A stretch of DNA of 64,000 nucleotides, from the NCBI GenBank assembly GCA_963664875.1, contig OY761611.1, positions 832,001-896,000 of the forward strand, read 5' to 3'. The DNA is from Candidatus Kapaibacterium sp. (GTDB lineage Bacteria; Bacteroidota; Ignavibacteria; Kapaibacteriales; UBA2268). The notes below the pieces were generated by a model. It was not told the origin of the DNA, did not search any database, and saw only the letters and a list, made by a program, of their open reading frames with translations. Position numbers and translations under genes: made by a program. Positions 1-9,668 of the stretch are shown piece after piece. How positions within the stretch are numbered: the stretch's first letter is position 1; each line of letters starts with the position of its first letter.

Positions 1-86
1 GGAATTTTTAAAACAACCAATATACCTACAATCAAAAGCAAAAGTAGATATATCAGATATTTCAGTATTTTGAGAAATCTTTTCAT
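1..86 (-). CDS. 5' end of a membrane-anchored protein, truncated by the window edge (possibly TamB/AsmA-like)
   Basis: Manual translation from ATG at 86: MKRFLKILKYLIYLLLLLIVGILVVLKIP.., a basic N-terminus plus hydrophobic anchor, open to the window edge. The family is only a guess. Confidence 0.55.
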   Translation of the reverse strand, partial: MKRFLKILKYLIYLLLLLIVGILVVLKI

Positions 87-232
87 ATAGACAGTTTAAA
101 TGGAAACAAGCAAGACTAAAATTAGTCAAAAACTGTACCATTAGTTGAAATAATAGTACGTTTATTCGTTAAATGATACGTTTTATTTTGACGAATGTTG
201 AGTTTGATTTGATTGTCAAATCCTATTAAAGT

Positions 233-1261
233 TTAATCGCTGAGAGATTCGTATAAGTATATATAACTTTCGTATCTATCGTAATCTATTTCTCCATTTT
301 CCACTGCTTCTGCTACAGCACAGTTTGGCTCATGAGTATGCGAACAAGGCTTGTACTTGCAATTAAGCATAAAATCGTCAAATTCGTGGAAATAAAGAGG
401 TAAATTTTGTTTATCGACCCCGGCAAGTGCAAACTCTCTTATGCCCGGAGTATCAATAACAGTCCCACCAAAAGGGAGGTCAAACTCAGCGACAAAACTT
501 GTAGTATGCCTTCCCTTATTACTTTTGTCACTGATTTCGCTTACTACTTGTACCTGTTCACCTAAAAGACTGTTTACCAAAGTAGATTTGCCTGCGCCAG
601 ACTGACCGGAAAAGACTGATGTTTTGTCTTTTAAATGTTCTTCAAGAGGTTTGATCCCTTCACCATAAAGAGCAGACATATACAAGATAGTTATGCCTAA
701 ATCATGATAAGGCTGCAGAATATCCTGAACATTCATACCCTGTACCAAATCGATTTTATTAACAGCAATGATGGGTTTAATTTTACCAATTTCAGCGGCA
801 ACTAAGTACCTGTCAATAAGTCTTCTATTCAAATCCGGAGAAAGCAAAGGTGCCATAATAACAAGATTGTCAATATTAGCTGCAATAACATGTTCGGTGT
901 GCCCCCCATGGATAGCCACTCTGGAGAGCATCGATTTTCTGAGACCTACTTCGACTATAGAGGCACCGGGAAAATCTGAGGCTTCGTCGTAGTTAAGATC
1001 AGGTAAAATATGGACATTATCCCCTACTGCAATTATAGTTTGTCTGAGATTAGGAGAAATAATTTTACCTGCCGGCAAACATTCGTACTTCTCACCTGAC
1101 TGGTCTAAAGCATAAAAAAATCTGCCCTGAGCGGCAATGATTCGTGCTTTAATAGCACCTTCAGGTAATTTGCCTGATTCGCGAATAAGAATTCGTTTTG
1201 GAGCAGAGTTTTTCCTGATAGGAGTTTGTTTTGTTTCTTTGTTTTGATTTCTTTTTTTCAT
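233..1261 (-). CDS. rsgA: Ribosome small subunit-dependent GTPase A
   Basis: Circularly permuted GTPase motifs NKID, GQSGAGKS, GRHTT, DTPG and C-terminal Zn site CKYKPCSHTHEPNC. Confidence 0.96.
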   Translation of the reverse strand: MKKRNQNKETKQTPIRKNSAPKRILIRESGKLPEGAIKARIIAAQGRFFYALDQSGEKYECLPAGKIISPNLRQTIIAVGDNVHILPDLNYDEASDFPGASIVEVGLRKSMLSRVAIHGGHTEHVIAANIDNLVIMAPLLSPDLNRRLIDRYLVAAEIGKIKPIIAVNKIDLVQGMNVQDILQPYHDLGITILYMSALYGEGIKPLEEHLKDKTSVFSGQSGAGKSTLVNSLLGEQVQVVSEISDKSNKGRHTTSFVAEFDLPFGGTVIDTPGIREFALAGVDKQNLPLYFHEFDDFMLNCKYKPCSHTHEPNCAVAEAVENGEIDYDRYESYIYLYESLSD

Positions 1262-1292
1262 TCGTTTTATTACGCTAATATTAGATTCTCTT

Positions 1293-1328
1293 TAATTTAC
1301 ACAAAGTGTGGAAAATAATTTACACAAA
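1293..1328. promoter_or_regulatory. 13-bp direct repeat forming a cluster of three DnaA-box-like 9-mers
   Basis: TAATTTACACAAA at 1293-1305 and 1316-1328. TTTTCCACA on the minus strand (1307-1315) matches TTWTNCACA; ATTTACACA at 1295 and 1318 match 8/9. Confidence 0.5.
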
Positions 1329-1393
1329 TCTGTTTGAAAAGGTAAACAAAATTCGTAAGTTGCCTCTAATTAAAAAATAACACAGGATTCTAG

Positions 1394-3106
1394 TTGAATT
1401 ACCGTTGGACATTCAAGAAGCAAGAAGGTAATGAAGAGCATATCCCAAATTTAGCAAGATTATTAAAAATACCCAAAAGTCTTTCTACAGTTTTAGCCTC
1501 AAGGGGCATAAAAAATGAGAAAGAAGCTCAGGTATTTTTTGAACCCAAGTTAGAAGACTTGCACGATCCGTTCCTAATGGATGGAATGGATTTGGCTGTA
1601 AATAGAGTCTTGCAAGCAATCAACTCGGGTGAAAAAATCTGGATACACGGTGACTACGACGTGGATGGCACTTCAAGTACTTCTATGGTCTGCCAGTTCC
1701 TGAAAGAAATAGGCGGAACGGTGGACTATTATATACCCGACAGATTTGATGACGGGTACGGGCTTTCGCGTAAAAGCGTTGATTTAGGACAGGATTTCGG
1801 AGCATCTTTGCTGATAACCGTGGACGTCGGCATTACATCATTTGAAGCATTAGAATATGCCAAATCGCTCGGAATGGAAATCCTGATTTGTGATCACCAT
1901 GAGCCCGGTGATTATCTCCCTGAAGTAACTGCAATTTTAGACCCTATTAAACCCGGTTGTAACTACCCTTTCAAACATTTAGCAGCATGTGGAGTCGCAT
2001 TTAAGTTTGTTCAAGCAATTGCAAAATTTATTGGTGAACCTGACAGAGCTCTCCAATATTTAGATTTTGTTGCTTTGGCTTCTGCGGCTGACATGGTGCC
2101 TTTGATTGGCGAAAACAGAACTTTGGTTTACTACGGATTAGAGCAATTGAATAAACACCCGAGACCAGGCATAAAAGGCTTAGTCTATTGCACAGGGCTA
2201 CGATTAGGCAATATAACCGCATCCAACATTGTATATGCGATTGCTCCGCTTATCAATGCTGCAGGAAGATTAGGAGATGCACGACGCTCTGTTGAGATGA
2301 TGTCTCAGCAAGATGAGAATGCTGCTTTCAGAATTGCTCAGCAGCTCGAAGACGAAAACAGAAAAAGAAGATTCTTTGACCAAAAAACTTTTGAAGATAC
2401 TTTGCCTATCGCCGATAAAATACTTGAAGATCCTGAAAAAAGATCTCTTGTACTTCATGGCGATAATTGGCATGCCGGTGTAATCGGAATTGTTGCTTCA
2501 AGATTGGTGGATAAATATCATCTACCAACTGTGTTGCTTACAACTATTGAAGGCACTGCAAAGGGCTCTGCAAGAAGTATCAATGAATTTGACATACATA
2601 CAGCTTTGAAGCAATGCGAACACTTACTTATTGAATTTGGTGGCCATAAGCACGCTGCAGGACTTTCTATTCCGATAGACAAAATACCTGAATTTAGCAT
2701 TGAATTTAACAAAATTGCATCTTCGCAAATAACTCGTGAAATGCTAATACCTGAAATAGAAATAGATTCAGAACTAATGCTAAATGAGCTATCCCCTAAG
2801 TTTCTCAATATGTTAAGCAAGTTTGCTCCTTATGGTTTTGCAAATTATAAACCTATTTTTTATTCCCATAACGTTAAATCCGTTAACGGAGTAAAAATTG
2901 TAGGTACTAATAATGTTAGATTCAGAGCATTTCAAAATAATTTTGTGATTGATGCCATCGGTATCAACCTGGCATCTAAAATTGATATTATTGCCGGCGG
3001 AAGACCGTTCGATATGGTTTATAATTTAGAAGCCAACAATTTCAACGGTCAAAAATCTCCGCAGTTAACTGTAAAAGATATAAGACCATCGAAAAATGCA
3101 AAATAA
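1394..3106 (+). CDS. recJ: Single-stranded DNA 5'-3' exonuclease RecJ
   Basis: GDYDVDG, TVDVG, CDHH, and DHHA1 GGHKHAAG motifs. Confidence 0.97.
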   Translation: MNYRWTFKKQEGNEEHIPNLARLLKIPKSLSTVLASRGIKNEKEAQVFFEPKLEDLHDPFLMDGMDLAVNRVLQAINSGEKIWIHGDYDVDGTSSTSMVCQFLKEIGGTVDYYIPDRFDDGYGLSRKSVDLGQDFGASLLITVDVGITSFEALEYAKSLGMEILICDHHEPGDYLPEVTAILDPIKPGCNYPFKHLAACGVAFKFVQAIAKFIGEPDRALQYLDFVALASAADMVPLIGENRTLVYYGLEQLNKHPRPGIKGLVYCTGLRLGNITASNIVYAIAPLINAAGRLGDARRSVEMMSQQDENAAFRIAQQLEDENRKRRFFDQKTFEDTLPIADKILEDPEKRSLVLHGDNWHAGVIGIVASRLVDKYHLPTVLLTTIEGTAKGSARSINEFDIHTALKQCEHLLIEFGGHKHAAGLSIPIDKIPEFSIEFNKIASSQITREMLIPEIEIDSELMLNELSPKFLNMLSKFAPYGFANYKPIFYSHNVKSVNGVKIVGTNNVRFRAFQNNFVIDAIGINLASKIDIIAGGRPFDMVYNLEANNFNGQKSPQLTVKDIRPSKNAK

Positions 3107-6100
3107 TCAGATTGCTCATTACTTTTACGATAGATTAAGAGAACTGACTAATATGAGAAACCTTTCTGCTAAAGAAAGGTTTCTTTTCGTATTCTCTATT
3201 ATCAAAGAAATTTTTGCGAAACTGACCGAAGAAGATTCGAGATACTTCTCTTCCTTTTTTGCTCGTTCTGTATTTATTTTCGACAGACTCAATTTCTCCT
3301 CCGAGCTTAGAAAACAAATCGGCAAAGTCCGCTATTTAGCTTCTGAATTACATAAAAACCCAAATCTTTACTGCACAGAAGATAACTATCTTGCTTCCTT
3401 GCAGATATGTATAAATACACTGAAACATATTTCAGATATAGAAACGCCGGACTTTCTGACAGAGATTTTCCCGGTAAGTGTCGATCTTGATTATTCTTTT
3501 ATCAAAAGTAAATCTGAAAACAAAGATTATTATGACTTCAAAGGAGTAGTCATTGATAAAAGCAATACTCCATTCCTATCCGTAACAATTGAAACAGAGA
3601 GTGCAGAGCATATTACTCTCAGACTTTCTGAAAGTTGGAAAGAGTTATTCGCTCAAGTTTGGAAAGGTGTCGAGCTTAATATCATGGATTGTGAGTTACG
3701 CGATGAAGAAACATCACTCTATGGCTGCACATCACAAACAATCATTGTCCTTTTGCCGGATTATTTGTTCGATGTTACTGATCTTTCCGAGTGCTTCCAG
3801 CAGAAAGGAGCCAATATATTACTTTATTTTTTGAAGAAATTTGTGCCGCATCAAACCGGCTTACCACTATTAGTAGGTAATATCATAAATTCGATGTTAG
3901 ATGAATTGTTATATGATAAAGAAACAGATTTCGACGAACTCCTTGTTAACTCATTGAAATACAAACCACTTCAACTCTTTGCTTTGGCATCAAAGCATCC
4001 GGAAGCTATTAATAGAATAAGAACTATATGTGCTAATCATTTCAATGCTTTACAAAAAACAATTGAGCTTCTTGATTTTGACAATTTTTTTGTTGAGCCA
4101 TCTTTTATGAGCCCTGTCTATGGTTTGCAGGGACGTTTAGATGTGCTTTTGGAATACGACTCAGAGCCAAATAGAAAAAATGTAATCGAATTAAAATCAG
4201 GCTCTGCTCCTGCTACAGATATTGCTTTCAAAATTGATGAAAATCGCTCGGTTAGGGCGGGTATATGGCATAATCATTTCGCTCAGATTACTTGCTATAA
4301 TATGCTTTTAGATTCTACTTATCCCAATCGCAGTGGTAACTCTCAGATACTTTATTCTTCAGCGACAGAGTTCCCTCTGAGAGATGCACCTAATGTACTT
4401 CAAAAAAAGCAAGATATAATAAAAAATCGAAACAGAGCTGTAGCTATAGAATATGCTCTGACACAGAAACAATATTCAGTATTCAAATCACTTAATCCAA
4501 ATGATTTCGGAGACTATCCCCCATATTTATTAGGACAATTAAAATCTTTCGCTTCAATCTATAACGGTTGTGAAGAACATGAAAGAGATTATTTCCATGC
4601 TGCTGTTACTTTCATATTGAATGAACTATTCTTCGAGAAAACCGGATCTGAAGATCATAAACAGCGAAAAGGATTTTCAGCATTATGGAAAGATGGTTAC
4701 GAAGATAAATTGTCAAATATGTCAATAATTAGCAACCTAAATATTGATTTCGATAATTCTGATATGGACAAACTTCATCTTCGCTTTTTAAGAAATGAAG
4801 GAAGTACTAACTCTCAACCTTTCCGTAAAGGAGATATGGTAATACTTTATCCTCTAACGGATAGTACCAAACAAAATCCACTTTCAGGTCAGATAATCAA
4901 AGGCACTTTGAAAGAAATCAATCACGAATATCTATTAGTTAGTATCCGCAATAAATTATTCAAAACAGACTTTTTTACTCAAAATCCAATTTGGGCATTA
5001 GAACATGACCACCTTGATACAAACACTAAAAATTTGTTTAAACAAGTCTATAGCCTTCTTAGCTCTGATAAGCGTAAACGTGATCTGTTTTTCTGCATAG
5101 AAAATCCTCAGACTGATAATCTGAATCTTAACTTTGATGAATTAGACAGTAAGCAGAATAAAATCATTTCAGAGGCTGTAGCAGCAAAAGATTATTATTT
5201 GATACAAGGTCCACCCGGTACAGGAAAAACCTCTTATATCTTACGATATTTGGTAAAATACATATTTGAAAACACCACAGACAAAATTTTGCTTGTCGCT
5301 TATACTAATCGTGCGGTCGATGAGATTGGAAATGCGTTGAAGAAAATCCAACCGGATTTCCCTTTCATCCGATTAGGCAGTAAAGAATCTTCGGTTCATG
5401 AGGAACATATTATAGCTAATCTATCAGACAAGATGCGTCTTAGAGATTTGCAGAAAGTAGTTAAAAATACAAGGGTTTATATAAGCACCGTATCTTCTCT
5501 TAATTCCAATCCCGAACTATTTGAGATACATAATTTTGATGTTGCAATTATAGATGAGGCAGCCCAAATATTGGAACCTCAGCTATTGGGGATAATTTCT
5601 CAGGTCAAAAAGTTTATCATGATTGGAGACGAAAAACAGCTCCCCGCAGTAGTCTCACAAAACAAAGTCACTTTAACAACATCATATAACAGCTTAGTAA
5701 ATTTAGGCTTTACATCATTTTCTGAATCACTTTTTGAACGTCTTTTAAAAAATTCAATTTGCAAAAATCTCGATGGAGTCTTTGGACTTCTTGACAAACA
5801 AGGAAGAATGCATAGTGATATAATGTACTATGCTAATCAACTTATTTACAACAACCAACTAAGCTGTATAGACAGCCTTGAATGGCAACACTCTACTGAT
5901 AATATTTTTACACAAAATGCTTCAGAATTGAGCAAAATTTTGTCAGAAAAACGGGTTGTTTTTATAAACACTCCTAGAGAAAACCTCAGCAAACGTAATA
6001 TCACGGAATCAAAACTCGCTGCAAAAATAATTGAAGAAATCTATTTAATAACTCAAGATGATTTTACAGAAAATACTGTAGGTGTGATTTCTCCTTTCAG

Positions 6101-6437
6101 GATGCAATGTGCAGAGATAACAACATACATTAATAAAGACTTACAACATTTAGTTACCATTGATACAGTTGAAAGATTCCAAGGTTCCGAAAGGGATATA
6201 ATAATATTGTCTTACGCAATAAATTCCCAAACTCAAATAGATAACGCTGTTGCCGAATCCATGATTTCAGATCAACTTATTGACAGAAAGCTAAATGTGG
6301 CAATTACCAGAGCCTCAAAGAATCTAATTATTCTTGGCAATGCATCTGCACTAAGCACCAAGCCCTATTTTGCAAAATTTATTGATTTGATAAAAGAAAA
6401 AGGTAAGTATATTGATTATCAGCAGCTCAAATCTTAG
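3096..6437 (+). CDS. DNA2-like nuclease-helicase (PD-(D/E)xK nuclease fused to a SF1B Upf1/DNA2 helicase)
   Basis: Nuclease E..GLQGRLD..IELKSG..Q...Y; helicase QGPPGTGKT, AYTNRAVD, DEAAQ, GDEKQLP, TVERFQGSE, NVAITRA; overlaps recJ by 11 nt. Confidence 0.88.
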   Translation: MQNNQIAHYFYDRLRELTNMRNLSAKERFLFVFSIIKEIFAKLTEEDSRYFSSFFARSVFIFDRLNFSSELRKQIGKVRYLASELHKNPNLYCTEDNYLASLQICINTLKHISDIETPDFLTEIFPVSVDLDYSFIKSKSENKDYYDFKGVVIDKSNTPFLSVTIETESAEHITLRLSESWKELFAQVWKGVELNIMDCELRDEETSLYGCTSQTIIVLLPDYLFDVTDLSECFQQKGANILLYFLKKFVPHQTGLPLLVGNIINSMLDELLYDKETDFDELLVNSLKYKPLQLFALASKHPEAINRIRTICANHFNALQKTIELLDFDNFFVEPSFMSPVYGLQGRLDVLLEYDSEPNRKNVIELKSGSAPATDIAFKIDENRSVRAGIWHNHFAQITCYNMLLDSTYPNRSGNSQILYSSATEFPLRDAPNVLQKKQDIIKNRNRAVAIEYALTQKQYSVFKSLNPNDFGDYPPYLLGQLKSFASIYNGCEEHERDYFHAAVTFILNELFFEKTGSEDHKQRKGFSALWKDGYEDKLSNMSIISNLNIDFDNSDMDKLHLRFLRNEGSTNSQPFRKGDMVILYPLTDSTKQNPLSGQIIKGTLKEINHEYLLVSIRNKLFKTDFFTQNPIWALEHDHLDTNTKNLFKQVYSLLSSDKRKRDLFFCIENPQTDNLNLNFDELDSKQNKIISEAVAAKDYYLIQGPPGTGKTSYILRYLVKYIFENTTDKILLVAYTNRAVDEIGNALKKIQPDFPFIRLGSKESSVHEEHIIANLSDKMRLRDLQKVVKNTRVYISTVSSLNSNPELFEIHNFDVAIIDEAAQILEPQLLGIISQVKKFIMIGDEKQLPAVVSQNKVTLTTSYNSLVNLGFTSFSESLFERLLKNSICKNLDGVFGLLDKQGRMHSDIMYYANQLIYNNQLSCIDSLEWQHSTDNIFTQNASELSKILSEKRVVFINTPRENLSKRNITESKLAAKIIEEIYLITQDDFTENTVGVISPFRMQCAEITTYINKDLQHLVTIDTVERFQGSERDIIILSYAINSQTQIDNAVAESMISDQLIDRKLNVAITRASKNLIILGNASALSTKPYFAKFIDLIKEKGKYIDYQQLKS

Positions 6438-6537
6438 TACTTTACTATTATACTGAATTTTATTATATTTAGGTTTGCGGAAAAACCCTTTCAGACAACA
6501 AATTTTATATGTTAAATATATTTGAAGTGTAAGCGAC

Positions 6538-7290
6538 ATGGCTGGACATAGTAAGTGGGCTAACATAAAGCACAGAAAAGGCAGACAGGATGCCAAAAAA
6601 GGAAAAGTATTTACTCGCATCGCGAAAGAAATAACTATCTCAGCTAAAGAAGGTGGTGGCGATCCGGATGCTAACCCTCGTTTAAGATTAGCTATCCAGA
6701 ATGGTAGATCTCAAAATATGCCTAATGATAATATCATAAGAGCTATCAAAAAAGGTACAGGCGAAATTGAAGGTGTTACTTACGAAGAAATTACTTATGA
6801 AGGCTATGCTCCGAGCGGCGTTGCCGTAATCATTGAAACTGTAACTGACAATCGCAACAGAACTGTAGCTGAAATTCGTTCGACTATGAGTAAATTAGGT
6901 GGTAATTTAGGCGAATCAGGCTCAGTTGCCTGGAATTTCGAACGTAAGGGTGTTATTACAATCAACACTAACGGCAAAGCTGAAGATGAGCTTTTAGAAC
7001 TCGTTTTAGAATCCGGTGCAGATGACCTTGAATATGGAGAAGAATCTTGCCGAATTATATCTTCTATGGAAAATTTCTCTACTGCAAATAAATATTTTGG
7101 TAGTGCTTCCGGCATAGAAGTTACTGAAGCTAAACTTGAATATATTCCTAAAGATATGGCGAAAGTAACTGATCCTAAAATCGCGGAGAAAGTTATCAAG
7201 TTTATTGATACTTTAGAAGACCATGATGATGTTCAAAATCTATTTTCAAATATGGAAATCGACGAGAGTATCATTGATCAGCTCGACTAA
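6538..7290 (+). CDS. yebC: YebC/PmpR family protein
   Basis: MAGHSKWANIKHRK N-terminus, NPRLR, YEGY, TDNRNRT, LEDHDDVQN. Confidence 0.96.
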   Translation: MAGHSKWANIKHRKGRQDAKKGKVFTRIAKEITISAKEGGGDPDANPRLRLAIQNGRSQNMPNDNIIRAIKKGTGEIEGVTYEEITYEGYAPSGVAVIIETVTDNRNRTVAEIRSTMSKLGGNLGESGSVAWNFERKGVITINTNGKAEDELLELVLESGADDLEYGEESCRIISSMENFSTANKYFGSASGIEVTEAKLEYIPKDMAKVTDPKIAEKVIKFIDTLEDHDDVQNLFSNMEIDESIIDQLD

Positions 7291-7316
7291 TTCACATAAA
7301 GACTTTATATTCCAAC

Positions 7317-7347
7317 AAGTTCTTAGATATACCTAAGAACTTTTTTT
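7317..7347 (+). terminator. Rho-independent terminator after yebC
   Basis: AAGTTCTTAG-atatac-CTAAGAACTT followed by a T-run. Confidence 0.8.
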
Positions 7348-7493
7348 ATACATATTTTGATTTTTTTACTTTTCAAAATTAGTTCCTTCAATTAAGACTA
7401 GGGCGCTGCAAAAAAAATCAAACAAATAAATTTCTTATCTTACTCTTTCTTTTTTAAATTGCTTTATTGAAATATTTATAATTTGAGTTAGAC

Positions 7494-8471
7494 ATGAAAG
7501 AAATTAAGATTGCGGTTATAGGAACAGGGCATCTCGGCTCTATACATACAAAACTGTGGAAAAATATCGCAGGTGCGAAGCTTGAAGGCATTTATGATGT
7601 AAATCAAGAAAGAGTAAATGAGCTGGCTTCCGAACACGGTTGCACTCCGTTTAAAACTGTAGATGAAGCTATTGATGCAGTAGATGCTGTTACTATTGCG
7701 GCTCCTACTTCTTTGCACTATGAAATTGCCTGCAAAGCTATTAGAGCAGGAAAACATTGTTTTATTGAAAAACCTATCACAGCGACTAACGAAGAAGCTA
7801 CTAATTTGATAGAACTTGCAGAGAAGAATAATGTACTTATTCAGGTTGGTCATGTAGAAAGATTTAATCCGGCACTTGCTGCGATTAAAGATTATAAGGT
7901 TACGCCTCTTTTTATGGAAGCTCACAGATTAAGTCAATTTAGACCGAGAGCAATAGACGTTTCCGTTATTCATGATTTGATGATACATGATATAGATATT
8001 ATGCTTTCTATGGCAAAATCAAAAGTTACAAGCATAGATGCTAACGGCGTTGCAGTACTTACAGATACAACTGATATAGCCAACGCTCGCATAAAATTTG
8101 AAAACGGCTGTGTAGCAAACTTAACTGCTTCAAGAATATCAGCAAGTCCTATGCGTAAGATGCGTATTTTCGGCAAAGACGCTTATTTTTCTATTGATTT
8201 CGGGAAACCTGATGTTGATGTTTATCGCCTTTTAGAAGACACAGAAACACCTATGGAAGGTTCTCTCGCTACAATGCTTGGAACTATCGAAGCAGGACTG
8301 AAAAATAAAAATATTGTTTTTGAAAAACCTGAAGTGCCGCAATTGAATGCTATTGCTGAAGAGCAAAAAGCCTTTGTTGAAGCCATCAGCCAAGGCAAGC
8401 CTATAGCAGTAAATGCAAGAGACGCTGCCGAAGCTCTAAGAATAGCAGAAGCTATTGCTAAAATGGTATAG
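7494..8471 (+). CDS. Gfo/Idh/MocA family oxidoreductase (GnnA-like)
   Basis: GTGHLG Rossmann motif, EKP, VGHVERFNPA, DLMIHDID. Confidence 0.88.
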   Translation: MKEIKIAVIGTGHLGSIHTKLWKNIAGAKLEGIYDVNQERVNELASEHGCTPFKTVDEAIDAVDAVTIAAPTSLHYEIACKAIRAGKHCFIEKPITATNEEATNLIELAEKNNVLIQVGHVERFNPALAAIKDYKVTPLFMEAHRLSQFRPRAIDVSVIHDLMIHDIDIMLSMAKSKVTSIDANGVAVLTDTTDIANARIKFENGCVANLTASRISASPMRKMRIFGKDAYFSIDFGKPDVDVYRLLEDTETPMEGSLATMLGTIEAGLKNKNIVFEKPEVPQLNAIAEEQKAFVEAISQGKPIAVNARDAAEALRIAEAIAKMV

Positions 8472-8483
8472 TCATTAGTTAAG

Positions 8484-8516
8484 AAAAAACTCCCTTTTCC
8501 GTAAGGGAGTTTTATT
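8484..8516. terminator. Bidirectional terminator between convergent genes
   Basis: AAAACTCCCTT-ttccgt-AAGGGAGTTTT. Confidence 0.8.
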
Positions 8517-8519
8517 CTT

Positions 8520-9668
8520 CTAATAGTAGTGCATCAATATCTGTTTGCCGTCTGATTTGCATTTTGCTGCAATGAGAGGTATAATTTTTGCTCGAGTCAG
8601 AAGACCTTTCTGCTTGAACTTAATATCTTTTGTAGCAGGATTTTGAGAAGTACCAATCATAAAGCGAATTTTATCAGCAAATTGTAAAGCATCTAATAGC
8701 TTTACAGCTGAATTGTTATCGTCCATCAGCACTCTGTCTTCGTCCCAAATATTATAGACCTGATTCAAAGTAATAGCCCCCTCCGTTACTAAGTCGATAC
8801 CCTCGATTTTACTAATGGGTGGAGTAAGCTCATCATGCAAATCACCTTCGAGTTCAATAGATTTTCCTGTTACCTGAGATACAATTTTTGCAGTCGAAGC
8901 TCCACATACAATCTTGGTACCGTCAAAAGCGAGAAATTTTTCTATAACTTCTCTATCCAAACTTTTATTCGAAGGCGGCCCTGATAAAATATTTACTGTA
9001 GTTCCTTCTCGTCCCCAAGCAATGAGGGCAGTGGTGTCGTCGTCGTAGTTGCCTTTACATAGTTCATGTGCTTTCTGATTGATAGCAGAAGGCAATTCCA
9101 TGTAGTGCATTCTTTCATTGAGTCGTTCATTGATAAATCGATTTAAACCGGCAGACTCCCACCCCATACGAAGACCTCTTCCGAGACCTGCCTGAGTGAT
9201 ACCGTCACTGACAATTACTAAGGCTTCCCGGGGCTTCATAAAACAATTGGACTCCCCAATTATGGCATTTTCAACGGTATAAGTCCTTTGAGGCAGCACA
9301 TTTGAGTATGAGGGTGTCATAAAAATTGGTGCAGGCATATCGTAGGTCAACACAGTTGTTCCGCCGTCTTTCATTATGCGTGCAACAGTAAAAACTGCAT
9401 AAGGCAGCCCGTTTTTTGCAGCATGATTCATAGTTTTAACCAAGCTGGTGAAAGCTCTACGCAGTGAAAACTCAGTCGCCATAAGCTCTTTTAGTCTTGC
9501 TACACACATAGTAGCAGCAATATTGGCTTTGATGCCGTGCCCTAAGCCATCGCTGACTATAATATATGTATTTTCGTTTCGCCTTTCCCAATGCATCACA
9601 TCGCCACATGGTTTGTTTGGATGTTTAGAATTTTGGATAGCTTCTATTTCGATATGTAAGTATCCCAT
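8520..9668 (-). CDS. SpoIIE/PP2C-family Ser/Thr phosphatase of the hydrogenase-associated type
   Basis: PCGD, SDGLGHG, SDGITQAG, DDTT motifs plus C-terminal domain with GIDLVTEG; overlaps the upstream HydS gene. Confidence 0.85.
   Translation of the reverse strand: MGYLHIEIEAIQNSKHPNKPCGDVMHWERRNENTYIIVSDGLGHGIKANIAATMCVARLKELMATEFSLRRAFTSLVKTMNHAAKNGLPYAVFTVARIMKDGGTTVLTYDMPAPIFMTPSYSNVLPQRTYTVENAIIGESNCFMKPREALVIVSDGITQAGLGRGLRMGWESAGLNRFINERLNERMHYMELPSAINQKAHELCKGNYDDDTTALIAWGREGTTVNILSGPPSNKSLDREVIEKFLAFDGTKIVCGASTAKIVSQVTGKSIELEGDLHDELTPPISKIEGIDLVTEGAITLNQVYNIWDEDRVLMDDNNSAVKLLDALQFADKIRFMIGTSQNPATKDIKFKQKGLLTRAKIIPLIAAKCKSDGKQILMHYY

Noticed and set aside
131-186. Loose GTAC/ATACG-TTT repeats at 20-21-bp spacing upstream of the first partial gene
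   Set aside because: Too degenerate in AT-rich DNA to call an operator or array
3096-6437. Cas4-like nuclease domain as a sign of a CRISPR or defence locus
   Set aside because: No repeat-spacer array, cas genes or defence neighbours; the context is housekeeping DNA repair
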